From a virus (taxonomy: Duplodnaviria; Caudoviricetes): 60,503 bases of DNA. The notes beneath the pieces were generated by a model, which saw only the letters and a program-made list of their open reading frames with translations, ran no database searches and had not been told where the DNA came from. Below are positions 39,082-48,983 of this stretch, piece by piece. Each line of letters begins with the position of its first letter. Positions within the stretch are counted from its first letter, which is position 1. Both the position numbers and the translations under genes were made by a program. The stretch is taken from positions 1-60,503 of the IMG/VR virus record IMGVR_UViG_3300012143_000004, one strand, 5' to 3'.

Positions 39082-39486
39082 ATGGAAGGTTTTACCCTGG
39101 AATTACTACAGAAAAAGGTTTTAGCCGGCAAAATACGGGGGTATAATTTGGCGGGTACCTGCACCCAGGGCCCAGCCAAAAAAGCTAAATACAGGAATGA
39201 AAAAATAATAATTGATGGCATAAAATTCCAAAGCAAAAAAGAGGGGGCCCGATACCTGGTTTTGAAGATGATGGAAACAGCCGGATTAATAGCAGGCCTG
39301 CAGCTGCAGGTACCTTTTGAGTTAAACAAAGGGGGTACCCATTCCCTAAAATACATTGCAGATTTTACATATTATGAAAATAATTTACAAATAGTTGAAG
39401 ATGCAAAGGGTTATAAAACCAAATTATTTAAAAAGAAAATGAAACTAATGGAAAAAATTTATGATATAAAAATAAAACTTACCTAA
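39082..39486 (+). CDS. DUF1064-family endonuclease
   Basis: KYRN..IDGIKFQSKKE..Y..L..QVPF..YIADF.Y..VEDAKG. Confidence 0.85.
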   Translation: MEGFTLELLQKKVLAGKIRGYNLAGTCTQGPAKKAKYRNEKIIIDGIKFQSKKEGARYLVLKMMETAGLIAGLQLQVPFELNKGGTHSLKYIADFTYYENNLQIVEDAKGYKTKLFKKKMKLMEKIYDIKIKLT

Positions 39487-39489
39487 AAC

Positions 39490-39750
39490 ATGCTGAGAAT
39501 TTTTGCCAAACATGGAACGAATGAAAAGGTATTAATGATGGTGCCCCCAGGGGAGGCCATAAACTTTGTAATGAGCCGTTTAAATAACCAGTTTGGGGGT
39601 GATTGGGTTTATGTGGATGCATTGAAAGTAAATGAATTTATACGGTTTACTGATAATATGGTTTATTTAGGGTACCACCCAAAATTTACCAGGTACAGCA
39701 ACGCCATTTTTGAACTGAAAACACCGGAAATTTTACCCGATTTAATTTAA
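39490..39750 (+). CDS. Hypothetical protein
   Basis: Closely packed ORF in the operon. Confidence 0.65.
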   Translation: MLRIFAKHGTNEKVLMMVPPGEAINFVMSRLNNQFGGDWVYVDALKVNEFIRFTDNMVYLGYHPKFTRYSNAIFELKTPEILPDLI

Positions 39751-39754
39751 AAAT

Positions 39755-40039
39755 ATGTTACCAACTAAAGAAGATAACCCCACCGGGTTACATGCAAAAT
39801 ATTTTATACAAAAAATAAAAGGGTATAAATATAAAGGGAACGGAATATTAGGCCCAAAATATGAACCGATTTTGGAACCGGTAAAAGATAATGCAGAATA
39901 TTTTATTTTACGATTAGATGAAAACGGGGAACCTAACCATGTAAAAGCCAGTAAAAAAGCCATTTTAATTTATGCTGATGAAATAGAAAAATACGCCCCT
40001 GATTTAGCGGCAAATTTGCGTGAACGTTATAAAATTTAA
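39755..40039 (+). CDS. Hypothetical protein (GLHAKY...YFILRLD motif)
   Basis: Closely packed ORF in the operon. Confidence 0.7.
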   Translation: MLPTKEDNPTGLHAKYFIQKIKGYKYKGNGILGPKYEPILEPVKDNAEYFILRLDENGEPNHVKASKKAILIYADEIEKYAPDLAANLRERYKI

Positions 40040-40060
40040 AACACATAAAAAAACACGACA

Positions 40061-40471
40061 ATGAAAAAAGGATTTTGGAACTACACCCAGCCGATTAATT
40101 ACACCGTTTGCCTGGTGAAAATTTTACCAGTGGAAAACCCAGTGGGCCATTGGCAGAATGCTTTTATAGGGGAGGAAAGGCAGGCCGTTTTAATTTACCA
40201 CCAGGATTATGAATTTTTAATTGATAATTCCGATGGGTACGGATTAAAAAAAATTTATGCTGGTGGGGGCCCCGATAGTTACAGCGCCCACCTGAGTAAT
40301 TATGAAATACTGGGGCCAATACCGGAAAGCGAATGGAACCAGCCCGATGAAAAACGCCACCGGGAAAACCAAAAAAAAGTTGATGCCTGGTTAGAGCAAC
40401 AGAACGGTGAAGAGTTTAAAAAAATAAAGGCATTAAGGGAGGCCGCAAAACATTTAAAATTTGATATATGA
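40061..40471 (+). CDS. Hypothetical protein
   Basis: AAAAACACGACA leader followed by ATG. Confidence 0.7.
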   Translation: MKKGFWNYTQPINYTVCLVKILPVENPVGHWQNAFIGEERQAVLIYHQDYEFLIDNSDGYGLKKIYAGGGPDSYSAHLSNYEILGPIPESEWNQPDEKRHRENQKKVDAWLEQQNGEEFKKIKALREAAKHLKFDI

Positions 40472-40659
40472 AACCACATAAAAGCTGGGATGATGCATGG
40501 CAACTATATAAACAAACCAACGAATTTAAAAACGGTACCCCATTCGGTTTTTACGTTTGGGTACAAAAAAAATATTCCCTAACGCCATTAATTAAGCCAG
40601 CCCCAGGAAGCCCGGAAGCAATGGAAGAGGCAGTTAATACATTAAACATTGATTTATGA
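40468..40659 (+). CDS. Hypothetical protein
   Basis: ATGA overlaps on both sides. Confidence 0.6.
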   Translation: MKPHKSWDDAWQLYKQTNEFKNGTPFGFYVWVQKKYSLTPLIKPAPGSPEAMEEAVNTLNIDL

Positions 40660-40985
40660 TAACCAGCCCGTTTAAATTGACACCATTAAGCCCCTGGGAA
40701 CTATTACAGCGGCAATTAATGGCACTGAGGTTAGAAGTACCAGGGGTAATTGTGGATGAAATACAGGCCACAATAGGAATAGTATTATTTCATGAAAGAA
40801 GAAACGCATTTGAGGCAGCCAGGGAAACACACGAAAAGGCCACCGGGTACCTGGAATATTTTAACGGGGATAATGGATATTTTAACCCCCCTAAATTTAA
40901 AACATACGATGATTATTTAAACCATATAAAAACAAAACAAAATGAAAGCAGCACCGGAAAAACACAGATTGACCCAGGCCCATAA
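40656..40985 (+). CDS. Hypothetical protein
   Basis: ATGA overlap with the previous ORF. Confidence 0.6.
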   Translation: MITSPFKLTPLSPWELLQRQLMALRLEVPGVIVDEIQATIGIVLFHERRNAFEAARETHEKATGYLEYFNGDNGYFNPPKFKTYDDYLNHIKTKQNESSTGKTQIDPGP

Positions 40986-41382
40986 AATGGCCAGGAAAGT
41001 AAGCCCCAGTTTATTAACCACCAGGGCTGATGGAAACAATGGATTTTTTTTAATCCCACATTACAAAATTGATGATTACATTTTGGCCTGCATGTGCAGT
41101 GATGGCAAAGGCATGGATGAAGTTTGGGAGCATGTGAGTGTAACCCTACAGGATGGAAAAAAGATGGTTAAAAGGTGCCCCACCTGGGAGGAAATGGTAT
41201 TTGTAAAAAACCAGTTTTGGAACGAAAACGAAACCGTTATGCAGCTGCACCCGGCCCAGGCTGATTATGTAAATAACCATGATTACTGTTTGCATTTATG
41301 GCGGCCAGTTTTCCGGGAAATACCCACCCCCCCAGCTGAATATGTAGGGATAAAAAAAATGGTGCCCAAAGATTTTGCATAA
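40942..41382 (+). CDS. Conserved phage protein (WEHVSV..RCPTWEEM..HP..YVN.H..CLHLW)
   Basis: Motif recalled as widespread in phages; function unknown. Confidence 0.8.
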   Translation: MKAAPEKHRLTQAHKMARKVSPSLLTTRADGNNGFFLIPHYKIDDYILACMCSDGKGMDEVWEHVSVTLQDGKKMVKRCPTWEEMVFVKNQFWNENETVMQLHPAQADYVNNHDYCLHLWRPVFREIPTPPAEYVGIKKMVPKDFA

Positions 41383-41580
41383 ATGGGCAGGCCCCCGAAA
41401 ATTGAAAATTTGAACCAGGGAAAAATTGCCCTGGTGTACCAGGATGAAATTTTTGAATACTGGGAACAGTACCAAACAAAGGAACAGCGCCGGCAAATTA
41501 TGGTTAACTGGATTATGAAGTACCACCTTTTTTGCCGGCATGACCTTTGCCATTTTTATTTTTTGGTAAAGCCCGGATAA
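41383..41580 (+). CDS. Hypothetical protein
   Basis: Start abuts the previous stop. Confidence 0.55.
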   Translation: MGRPPKIENLNQGKIALVYQDEIFEYWEQYQTKEQRRQIMVNWIMKYHLFCRHDLCHFYFLVKPG

Positions 41581-41591
41581 AAAACGCGAAC

Positions 41592-42701
41592 ATGCAAACA
41601 ATAAACAATTTTACCAATACCATTGGAATAAATAAAAGTATTGTTATCAATTATGATGATGTAAGCAGGATGATTGATTTTTGTAATGATGAAAACAAAG
41701 CCACCAGTAAAGATTTTTATGATTGGTATTTAAAAGAAAAACCTGATTTATTTACAAAAACAGGCCTGTTAATAGTTGATAATATTTTAGGCAAAGAGCA
41801 GCGCAGTGTAATAACGTTTGATTTAACCGACCCTGATAAGGCAATATTTACCACATTTGTTTATGACGACCAAAGTGTAATTTGTAACTGGATATTTAAA
41901 AGAATGGATAATTTAACCCTGGAAAGCCCAACCTATGAAATAAAATATTTGTCATTAAATAACCTAAAAAAAAACGACATACTATGCCCACCGGATATAA
42001 AAGATTTAATAAAGGAAGCCGTTAATTTAGAGCATACTTTTTATAACAGGCCTGGATTTAGAAGAGAAAGCGCAAAAGGCATGTTGCAACACAGTTTAAA
42101 CAAAGCCCTAAAAGATGTTAATAAAATTAATTGCAAAGCCTTTATTTATACTGTTTACGCATTGTTGTATTATGTAAGTAAACAGGAACCGGAAGAAATA
42201 ACAACAGCATTTAATAAAGAAATTGAAACCCAGCTGGGTAAGTTTAAAACGATTTATAGATATACTGGGTACGTTGATTTACGGCAATGTAAAACATATA
42301 AACCAATTATTAAAAAGGAACCTGGGGAGCCCGTTAGAGAATACCAGCGACACATACAAAAATGGATAGTAAGGGGCCATTATAGAAAAAGCAAAACCGG
42401 GTTAATTTGGATTGATGAACATACAAAAGGAAAGGGGGAAATTGAAAACCGGGTTTATTCCACCGAAGATGAAAAAGCCCTGGATTTAACGCCAAAAATT
42501 TTTGAAGTTGAAAGGAATATAAAAAATGAAAGTGATATAAAAGAGGTAATAAAACAAAATGAAGTTTACCAGCCAGCACCACCGCCCCAGCCCCAGCCCC
42601 AGCCAATACCCACACAGCCACCCCCACAGATTATAAAACAAAACAAACCTGGGATAATAAAAAAAATAATTGCATTGTTTTTAAAATGGTTTAAAGTGTA
42701 A
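41592..42701 (+). CDS. Hypothetical protein with WIVRGHYR..IWI motif
   Basis: Long AT-rich ORF with a Pro/Gln-rich segment near the C-terminus. Confidence 0.75.
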   Translation: MQTINNFTNTIGINKSIVINYDDVSRMIDFCNDENKATSKDFYDWYLKEKPDLFTKTGLLIVDNILGKEQRSVITFDLTDPDKAIFTTFVYDDQSVICNWIFKRMDNLTLESPTYEIKYLSLNNLKKNDILCPPDIKDLIKEAVNLEHTFYNRPGFRRESAKGMLQHSLNKALKDVNKINCKAFIYTVYALLYYVSKQEPEEITTAFNKEIETQLGKFKTIYRYTGYVDLRQCKTYKPIIKKEPGEPVREYQRHIQKWIVRGHYRKSKTGLIWIDEHTKGKGEIENRVYSTEDEKALDLTPKIFEVERNIKNESDIKEVIKQNEVYQPAPPPQPQPQPIPTQPPPQIIKQNKPGIIKKIIALFLKWFKV

Positions 42702-42797
42702 TTATTTTTTTACATTTAGTTTCCTTTTACTGTATTTTTTTATTGGTTAACGGGGCAGGGTTTTAACCCAGCCCCCATTTTTTAAACTATTAACCCC

Positions 42798-43160
42798 ATG
42801 AGTGTACTGTATTTAACCCTGGATAAAAAATGGTTTGACCTGGTGGCCAGTGGCCATAAGGTGGAAGAGTACCGGGTATTAAAACCCCACTGGATAAGCC
42901 GGTTAGTGTGGCCTGAATACCGACACCTGGAAAAAGAACAGTTAAAGGAACTGATTGAAAAAGGGGTGGAAGTTTTAAAATACCCATATTACAACGCTAT
43001 TTTATTTATTAACGGTTATGATGCCAACAGGCCCAGGGTAATGGTGGAACTGAAAAAAATAACCATAGGCCCGGCAAAGGAAACCTGGCACCCTGATTAT
43101 TTAGATGATGTTTTTATTTTACACCTGGGAAAAATTTTAAAACCTAAATACTACATTTAA
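42798..43160 (+). CDS. ASCH/PUA-like domain protein
   Basis: LYLTLDKKWFDLVASGHKVEEYR..YNAILFINGY. Confidence 0.7.
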   Translation: MSVLYLTLDKKWFDLVASGHKVEEYRVLKPHWISRLVWPEYRHLEKEQLKELIEKGVEVLKYPYYNAILFINGYDANRPRVMVELKKITIGPAKETWHPDYLDDVFILHLGKILKPKYYI

Positions 43161-43165
43161 CAGCT

Positions 43166-43423
43166 ATGAAAAGCAGAGCCGATTTTTTAGAACATGACGA
43201 GGCAGAATGGGAAAACTATTTACTGTTTTACTACAGCCCCCAAATACTGGCAGGAATACTGGCAAACCCATTGTACGCCCAAATAATGGGCAATAGTGTT
43301 AATGCTGATGAAATAGCCAGGGTTACCAGCGTAGTGGCCACACAGCAGGCCCAGGCCCTAATTGATGTGATAAAAGAAACCATGCAGGCCAATTACCAAA
43401 CACGATTAAAAAAAGCAGAATGA
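43166..43423 (+). CDS. Hypothetical protein
   Basis: ORF in the operon. Confidence 0.65.
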   Translation: MKSRADFLEHDEAEWENYLLFYYSPQILAGILANPLYAQIMGNSVNADEIARVTSVVATQQAQALIDVIKETMQANYQTRLKKAE

Positions 43424-43746
43424 AACCAGGAAATTTTACCATTAACCTAATGCCCCATGATAATTTAGTATGCCCCCACTGCAGGGAAAAAGCCGATGGC
43501 GCAGCCAGCGGGGCAGGGGGGCCCCCCAGGCCTGGTGATTTAAGTTTGTGCGGTTTTTGCCTAAACGTTAGCTTATTTGAGCCCAACGGGAACAGGTTAA
43601 CACTAAGGGCACCCACCACAGCAGAAATGGAAGATATTGAAGCCAATGAGCCGGAAATGATGGCAGAAATTAAAAGTATGAAAGCAGATAATTTTCCACT
43701 ATGGAAATATTATTGTATCAACATTGACACCGGCCCGACTAATTAA
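43420..43746 (+). CDS. Zinc-ribbon-like protein
   Basis: CPHC...PRPGDLSLCGFC. Confidence 0.65.
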   Translation: MKPGNFTINLMPHDNLVCPHCREKADGAASGAGGPPRPGDLSLCGFCLNVSLFEPNGNRLTLRAPTTAEMEDIEANEPEMMAEIKSMKADNFPLWKYYCINIDTGPTN

Positions 43747-43756
43747 AAAAAAATAA

Positions 43757-43790
43757 TTTGGGTGGAATAAAAAGGTTACACATATATTTG
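43757..43790 (+). promoter_or_regulatory. Promoter/operator copy 7
   Basis: TTTG g GTGGA ataaaaaggt TACAC a TATATTTG. Confidence 0.85.
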
Positions 43791-43810
43791 TAACACAAAA
43801 CAAAAAAGAA

Positions 43811-44011
43811 ATGAAAACAGTAACCGACATTAAAAATTTTATCAACTCATTTAATAACGCATGTTTCAAACGTTATGAGTACAACGAAATAGACGGCCAG
43901 GAATATGTATTTTTTCAGGCCAGCACCTTTGCAAAAAATGGCATAGAGAAAGCATTAAACAGAACTGCAGAAAATAAGGGGGGAAATAACTACAAAGTTT
44001 GCCTAAGCTAA
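43811..44011 (+). CDS. Hypothetical early protein
   Basis: Follows promoter copy 7. Confidence 0.7.
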   Translation: MKTVTDIKNFINSFNNACFKRYEYNEIDGQEYVFFQASTFAKNGIEKALNRTAENKGGNNYKVCLS

Positions 44012-44088
44012 AAAATGACCCGGATAACACCGGGTTTTTGCAGTAAAAAACAAATGTGGAGGCACCACATAAAAAACTGGCCCTGGTT

Positions 44089-44310
44089 ATGCATACTAAC
44101 CTAACAGCAGAGGATAAAATTTTTTTAGCAATTGAAAGATTGCTTTGCACCAGTGGCCACCAGGCCTGGCATTTAACCAGTGTGGTGGATGAAGCCAGTA
44201 ACTATTGTTATAAAACCATTACTGGTACCATTGGCACCGTAAACAAAAAGTTTATTCAGGAACGAATAAGCGCCGGGTTATACTGGCCCCACCCTGGATA
44301 TGTAAAATAG
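44089..44310 (+). CDS. Hypothetical early protein
   Basis: ATG after the repeated leader hairpin; start uncertain. Confidence 0.6.
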   Translation: MHTNLTAEDKIFLAIERLLCTSGHQAWHLTSVVDEASNYCYKTITGTIGTVNKKFIQERISAGLYWPHPGYVK

Positions 44311-44364
44311 CACCCGGTTAACCACCGGGTTTTTTTATGCCTGGAAAAATAAATTAAAAATATA

Positions 44365-44397
44365 TTTGTGTGTAATAAATAAATTACACTATGTTTG
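44365..44397 (+). promoter_or_regulatory. Promoter/operator copy 8
   Basis: TTTG t GTGTA ataaataaat TACAC TATGTTTG. Confidence 0.85.
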
Positions 44398-44483
44398 TGA
44401 AACAAATGTGGAGGCACCACATTAAAAACTGGCCCTTTTTTATGGTTTTATTACCTGTAGTTATTACCCGCAGCATTATGGTT

Positions 44484-44672
44484 ATGGAAACCAAAAAAAC
44501 CAGGGAAAATGTTTCCTGCAGTTTTATTGCCAGGTTTGCCGATGGTAGCGAAAAGGTAATAAATACCAAAGCCTGGCAGCCCATTGGATTACTGAAAAAA
44601 TCCGACATTGGCGAAATGGTTTTAAGTAACCAGGTTTGTTGCCTTTATTATAAAGATTGGGCCCAGGTTTAA
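44484..44672 (+). CDS. Hypothetical early protein
   Basis: Start uncertain (44406, 44478 or 44484). Confidence 0.55.
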   Translation: METKKTRENVSCSFIARFADGSEKVINTKAWQPIGLLKKSDIGEMVLSNQVCCLYYKDWAQV

Positions 44673-44722
44673 CCTGGGTTTTTTTATGCCCTAAAAAATA
44701 TTTTTAGAAATTAAAAAATAAA

Positions 44723-44760
44723 TTTGGTGGATAATATTAGTTACACCTATCTTTGTGGAA
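44723..44760 (+). promoter_or_regulatory. Promoter/operator copy 9
   Basis: TTTG GTGGA taatattagt TACAC c TATCTTTG TGGAA. Confidence 0.85.
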
Positions 44761-44785
44761 ACAAAACAGAAAAACACCCCCGATT

Positions 44786-44974
44786 ATGAAAAACGTTAAA
44801 GATTTTTACAGCACAGAAACTAAGTTAGTAACCGTTTTATTTGAGGTTAAAACGACCGAAAATTTTACAAACATTGCCTGGGTAACGGTACCAGCCTTTG
44901 CCGAAAGGCAGGCAGCAAACCAGGCAGGAATGAAATTAAACGGCCCTGGAAAAATAAAAGCCTTTTTTGCCTAA
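44786..44974 (+). CDS. Hypothetical early protein
   Basis: AAAAACACCCCCGATT leader followed by ATG. Confidence 0.7.
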   Translation: MKNVKDFYSTETKLVTVLFEVKTTENFTNIAWVTVPAFAERQAANQAGMKLNGPGKIKAFFA

Positions 44975-45021
44975 GCAAATAACCCGGATAAAACCGGGAT
45001 TTTGCAGTAAAAAACATTACC

Positions 45022-45330
45022 ATGAAACTGATTATTACCACCTGCACAGGTACCAAAGAATTTACAGAGATAGAAAGTTTTTTGACCTGGGATGAAACAA
45101 ACCCCAATTTAATAACGGCCTACAGGTTAACCCTGGATAATGGCAACCAGGCAGGAAATACCGGCCTGAATGCTGGGGCCTATTTGTACACGATTTTGGA
45201 GGAAATAGAAGAGGAAAGGGAGGCAGCCGAAAAAGCCGAAATGGAAGCCCAGTTTAAAATTTATAAAAACTACCCTGGTATAAATAACACCAGCCAGGAA
45301 GAGCGCAAACAACAGCAAAAATTAAAATAA
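45022..45330 (+). CDS. Hypothetical early protein
   Basis: ORF inside the cassette. Confidence 0.7.
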   Translation: MKLIITTCTGTKEFTEIESFLTWDETNPNLITAYRLTLDNGNQAGNTGLNAGAYLYTILEEIEEEREAAEKAEMEAQFKIYKNYPGINNTSQEERKQQQKLK

Positions 45331-45345
45331 AAAAACACCCCAGTT

Positions 45346-45624
45346 ATGAAAACATTTGCAGCCGTTCACCCATGTTTAGATTTAGGATTTTTAAAAGAAG
45401 ATTTTAAACCCATTTTCCCTGATTTGTACCAGCCAGGGGTAGTGGGAGTGGTATTTGAAAACAACACCGTTAAGTTTAGCCCACTAACCAGGCAAACGGT
45501 AATTATTACTGGCCCCAAACCACATGCATTTTTGTGTGAAATTTGCGACCAAAAAGGCATTGACCCGGAAACCCTGGAAACCCGGAAAAATACTGATGGC
45601 AGTATTAGCACCTGGTTTAAATAA
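45346..45624 (+). CDS. Hypothetical early protein
   Basis: AAAAACACCCCAGTT leader followed by ATG. Confidence 0.7.
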   Translation: MKTFAAVHPCLDLGFLKEDFKPIFPDLYQPGVVGVVFENNTVKFSPLTRQTVIITGPKPHAFLCEICDQKGIDPETLETRKNTDGSISTWFK

Positions 45625-45702
45625 CCCAGCCCCAGCACCAGCAACACCCCCCCCAGTTGAAAAATTGGGGGTTTTTTTTTGCCCCATACCTTTACACCCA
45701 CT

Positions 45703-46272
45703 ATGGTTAAACTATCCACCTATTTCATTAACGGGGAAAACCCCCGACAGATAAAAGATGAAAAATTCAGGCAATTAATGGGCAGCCTGCACAATTTTCC
45801 CCAAATGATGGAACTTAGGCCCATTGTAGTGGATGAAAATAATATGGTACTGGGGGGAAATATGAGGTACAGGGCCCTGGTGGAAATGGGAGTGGTGGAA
45901 GTACCCGACAGCTGGATAAAACGAACCAGTGAACTAACAGCCGACCAAAAAAGGGAGTTTATTATAAAAGATAACGCCACATTTGGGGCCTGGGATTGGG
46001 ATATATTGGCAGATACCTGGGAGGCAGAGCAGCTGGAAGCCTGGGGCCTGGATATACCCGATTTAACCGGCAAAAAGAAAGTAGAATTTAATGCCAGCAC
46101 CACCCCGGATTTTACCATTAACCTGGTGTACAATAGTGAGGAAAATTATAACCTGGTAAAAAACAAACTGGCCAAAATAGCCGCCACCCCGGAAGAGGCA
46201 ATATGGAAACTATTAACCCACTGGGATAACTTAAAACTGATTGATAACGGTAAAGCCATTTTAAAACAATAA
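45703..46272 (+). CDS. ParB/sulfiredoxin-like N-terminal domain protein
   Basis: NPRQI..SL..FP..LRPIVVDENNMVLGGNMRYRAL..IIKDN..G.WD. Confidence 0.85.
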   Translation: MVKLSTYFINGENPRQIKDEKFRQLMGSLHNFPQMMELRPIVVDENNMVLGGNMRYRALVEMGVVEVPDSWIKRTSELTADQKREFIIKDNATFGAWDWDILADTWEAEQLEAWGLDIPDLTGKKKVEFNASTTPDFTINLVYNSEENYNLVKNKLAKIAATPEEAIWKLLTHWDNLKLIDNGKAILKQ

Positions 46273-46282
46273 ACCTTTTTTT

Positions 46283-46636
46283 ATGCCTGGGGGTTACCAA
46301 AAAATAAGGCCTGCAGATGGCAGAGCCCCATTTACAAAAGAAAACCAGCCACCAAACAGGGGGAGGAAGAGCACAAAAATTTTAACCGATTTACTAACAA
46401 AACAATTGAAGAGTAAAAAGGATATTATGGTAACTGGTATTGACCCCCTAACAGATAAACAAATTACCATACGGGTACCCATGCCCACCAGGGAGGTTAT
46501 TATAGGGGCCCTATTGAGGCAGGCCGCAAAGGGTAACCTGATGGCCATAAAGGAAATTTTTGATAGGACAGAGGGCAAAGCCATGCAACCAGTGGAAATT
46601 GAGGATGGGTTACACATTCATGTAACCAGGATATAA
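46283..46636 (+). CDS. terS: Terminase small subunit (putative)
   Basis: FTKENQP..GRK and A.KGN..AIKEIFDRTEGKA.Q; directly upstream of TerL. Confidence 0.7.
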   Translation: MPGGYQKIRPADGRAPFTKENQPPNRGRKSTKILTDLLTKQLKSKKDIMVTGIDPLTDKQITIRVPMPTREVIIGALLRQAAKGNLMAIKEIFDRTEGKAMQPVEIEDGLHIHVTRI

Positions 46637-46649
46637 AAGCCCCCCAGGG

Positions 46650-48329
46650 ATGAAAGAAAAAAGCGTTTATGTAACAATTGATAGGGATGTTTATTTACCC
46701 TGTTTTCAGCACCTTTTAGATGAAAATGATATTGATATTGAGTTAATATGGGGAGGACGCGACAGTGGCAAAAGTAAATTTTTGGCCCAGCTGATGGTTG
46801 AAAGGGCCATGAAACCAAATTACTTTAGATGCCTATTGATTAAGGAAACCCACGAAAGTATTAGGGATGCCCAATGGCAAATGATTAAAGACACTGCAGA
46901 GCAGTGGAACGTTGAAAGGTTTTTTAAATTCACCACCGGCCTGTTAGGGATAACCTGTATTGCTGGGGGAACATTCCACCCCAGGGGGATGGATAACCCG
47001 GCCAAAATTCGTTCATTTACAAACCCCAGTGATGCCTGGGTGGAAGAGGGCAGCCAAATAAGTGAAGAGGCATTTATTACCCTTATTACCGGGTTACGTT
47101 CAGATTATGGCCCAGTTAAACTATGGATAACATTTAACCCGGAAGCCACCACCCCGGATTATAAAGATTTTTGGATTTATAAAATGTTTTTTGCCAAATA
47201 CCCTGGCCAGGTAAATTTTACCGGAACCATTGAGTTAAAAATACCCACCCCAAATGGTGAAAAACTGATAAGGTTAAAATATAGGAGTACCCATGTAACA
47301 TACCATGATAACCCCTATGTGAGCCCCCAGCGTGTGGCATTTCACGAAAGTTTAAAAGATACAAACTTTTACTGGTACCAGGTTTTTACCCTGGGTAAAT
47401 GGGGTAACATTGAAAATGGGAGCCCCTGGGCATACTCATTTAACAGGGCCCGGCACGTTAGCAATGGCGTAACAATACCCCACCCTATTTTAAACAAAAA
47501 CGAGCCTGTTTATTTATCATGGGATTTTAACCGAAACCCAATGACCTGCACAGTAATACAACATTACCGGCAAAAGATTAGAGTATTAAGAACCATACGC
47601 ATACCTAAAAGCGGGGTTGATGGCATGTGCAAACACATACTGGAATTATACCCAGGGGCCCTGTTTATTGTAACCGGGGATTATAACGGGAATGCAGAAA
47701 GCAGCCTATTTGCAGAACAGGTTACCCACTACCTTTTAATAAAACAATACCTGGGCCTATCAGATAACCAGCTACAAACAAAACCAAACCCCAGGCAGGC
47801 CAAAAATTCCACCCACGTTAATACATGCCTGGCCTATTATGACATTGTAATACATGGCATTGATGCTGCAGCCCTGGTTTTTGACCTGGTGAATGTAAAA
47901 AGGAGGGCTGATGGTACCATTTTAAAACTGGATAGGGATGACCCCGCCCAGCAGGCTGATGCATTAGATACGTTAAGGTATTTTTTAAATACGTTTTTAG
48001 CCTGGTTTAAACCCGATGCAGGCAATTTAAAGGGAGTGCAGGTAAATGTATTGCCAGGGCCCGATTGGGAGCCCCTACAGCCCCAATGGCCTGCAGCTGG
48101 CAGTATGCAGCACTATGTACCCGACCCGGAGGGGGCCAATGTTATACATGATGCCATTTATGCCATTAAAAATGGCCACCAGGTATTTTGCAGCAAATAC
48201 GAATATTACGAAATGGTAAGGCCTGCACTTTTAAGCCATGCAGGGGAGTGGGCAGAGGATGGCCTATTAACCCAGGCCAGCCAGGCAGTAACAGAGGTTA
48301 AAAGATTAGACAACCATTTTACCAGCTGA
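46650..48329 (+). CDS. terL: Terminase large subunit (PBSX-like)
   Basis: Walker A GGRDSGKS, WVEE Walker B, TFNP, SWDFN and DALD nuclease motifs. Confidence 0.92.
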   Translation: MKEKSVYVTIDRDVYLPCFQHLLDENDIDIELIWGGRDSGKSKFLAQLMVERAMKPNYFRCLLIKETHESIRDAQWQMIKDTAEQWNVERFFKFTTGLLGITCIAGGTFHPRGMDNPAKIRSFTNPSDAWVEEGSQISEEAFITLITGLRSDYGPVKLWITFNPEATTPDYKDFWIYKMFFAKYPGQVNFTGTIELKIPTPNGEKLIRLKYRSTHVTYHDNPYVSPQRVAFHESLKDTNFYWYQVFTLGKWGNIENGSPWAYSFNRARHVSNGVTIPHPILNKNEPVYLSWDFNRNPMTCTVIQHYRQKIRVLRTIRIPKSGVDGMCKHILELYPGALFIVTGDYNGNAESSLFAEQVTHYLLIKQYLGLSDNQLQTKPNPRQAKNSTHVNTCLAYYDIVIHGIDAAALVFDLVNVKRRADGTILKLDRDDPAQQADALDTLRYFLNTFLAWFKPDAGNLKGVQVNVLPGPDWEPLQPQWPAAGSMQHYVPDPEGANVIHDAIYAIKNGHQVFCSKYEYYEMVRPALLSHAGEWAEDGLLTQASQAVTEVKRLDNHFTS

Positions 48330-48349
48330 AAAAAATAATTTATATTTTA

Positions 48350-48386
48350 TTTGGTGTAATGATTTGTTTACACTTACTTTGTGGAA
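48350..48386 (+). promoter_or_regulatory. Promoter/operator copy 10
   Basis: TTTG GTGTA atgatttgtt TACAC TTACTTTG TGGAA. Confidence 0.85.
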
Positions 48387-48408
48387 ACAAATAAAAAAAC
48401 CACCAGTT

Positions 48409-48651
48409 ATGAATTACAAATTAATCGTAAAAGAAACCGGAAACAAAGCAGCCAAATTTAGTTACACCGTTATAGATGAAACCGGCAAAGTAATCAGCAC
48501 CAGGAACAGCAACCGCGAATATGTGGCCTGCACTATTGGAGGCAGTTATTATTTTGGCAGGTTAGATTTAATCGGTAAAGGCGACCATGCCAGGCACGTT
48601 AAACACTGCATTGCAGCTGGAAAAGAACCGGCCCCGATAGCCTACAAATAA
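48409..48651 (+). CDS. Hypothetical early protein
   Basis: Follows promoter copy 10. Confidence 0.75.
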   Translation: MNYKLIVKETGNKAAKFSYTVIDETGKVISTRNSNREYVACTIGGSYYFGRLDLIGKGDHARHVKHCIAAGKEPAPIAYK

Positions 48652-48709
48652 ACAAACACCACCTGGGGCCCCGGCCCTGGGTTTTTTAAAACCAATAAAA
48701 AACAGCACC

Positions 48710-48934
48710 ATGCCAAAGACAATTAATGTAAAAGTGAAAACAACAGAAATTTTTTTGATTGAAAAAAAAGATGATGAAGGGAAAAAAACCTATCAGATAA
48801 CCGTAAATGGTGAAAATGCCTATTATGCCCCGTTTACTGATGAAACAAAGGCAAAGGCCGCCACGTTAGATGAAATATTATTGGCCCAAAAAGATAGCCG
48901 GGTTTATGTGGCCTGGCATTCAATAAAAGTTTAA
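48710..48934 (+). CDS. Hypothetical early protein
   Basis: AAAAACAGCACC leader. Confidence 0.7.
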   Translation: MPKTINVKVKTTEIFLIEKKDDEGKKTYQITVNGENAYYAPFTDETKAKAATLDEILLAQKDSRVYVAWHSIKV

Positions 48935-48983
48935 CCACAGGGCCCCAGGCCCTTTTTTTTATTACACCTATAAAAACACCACC

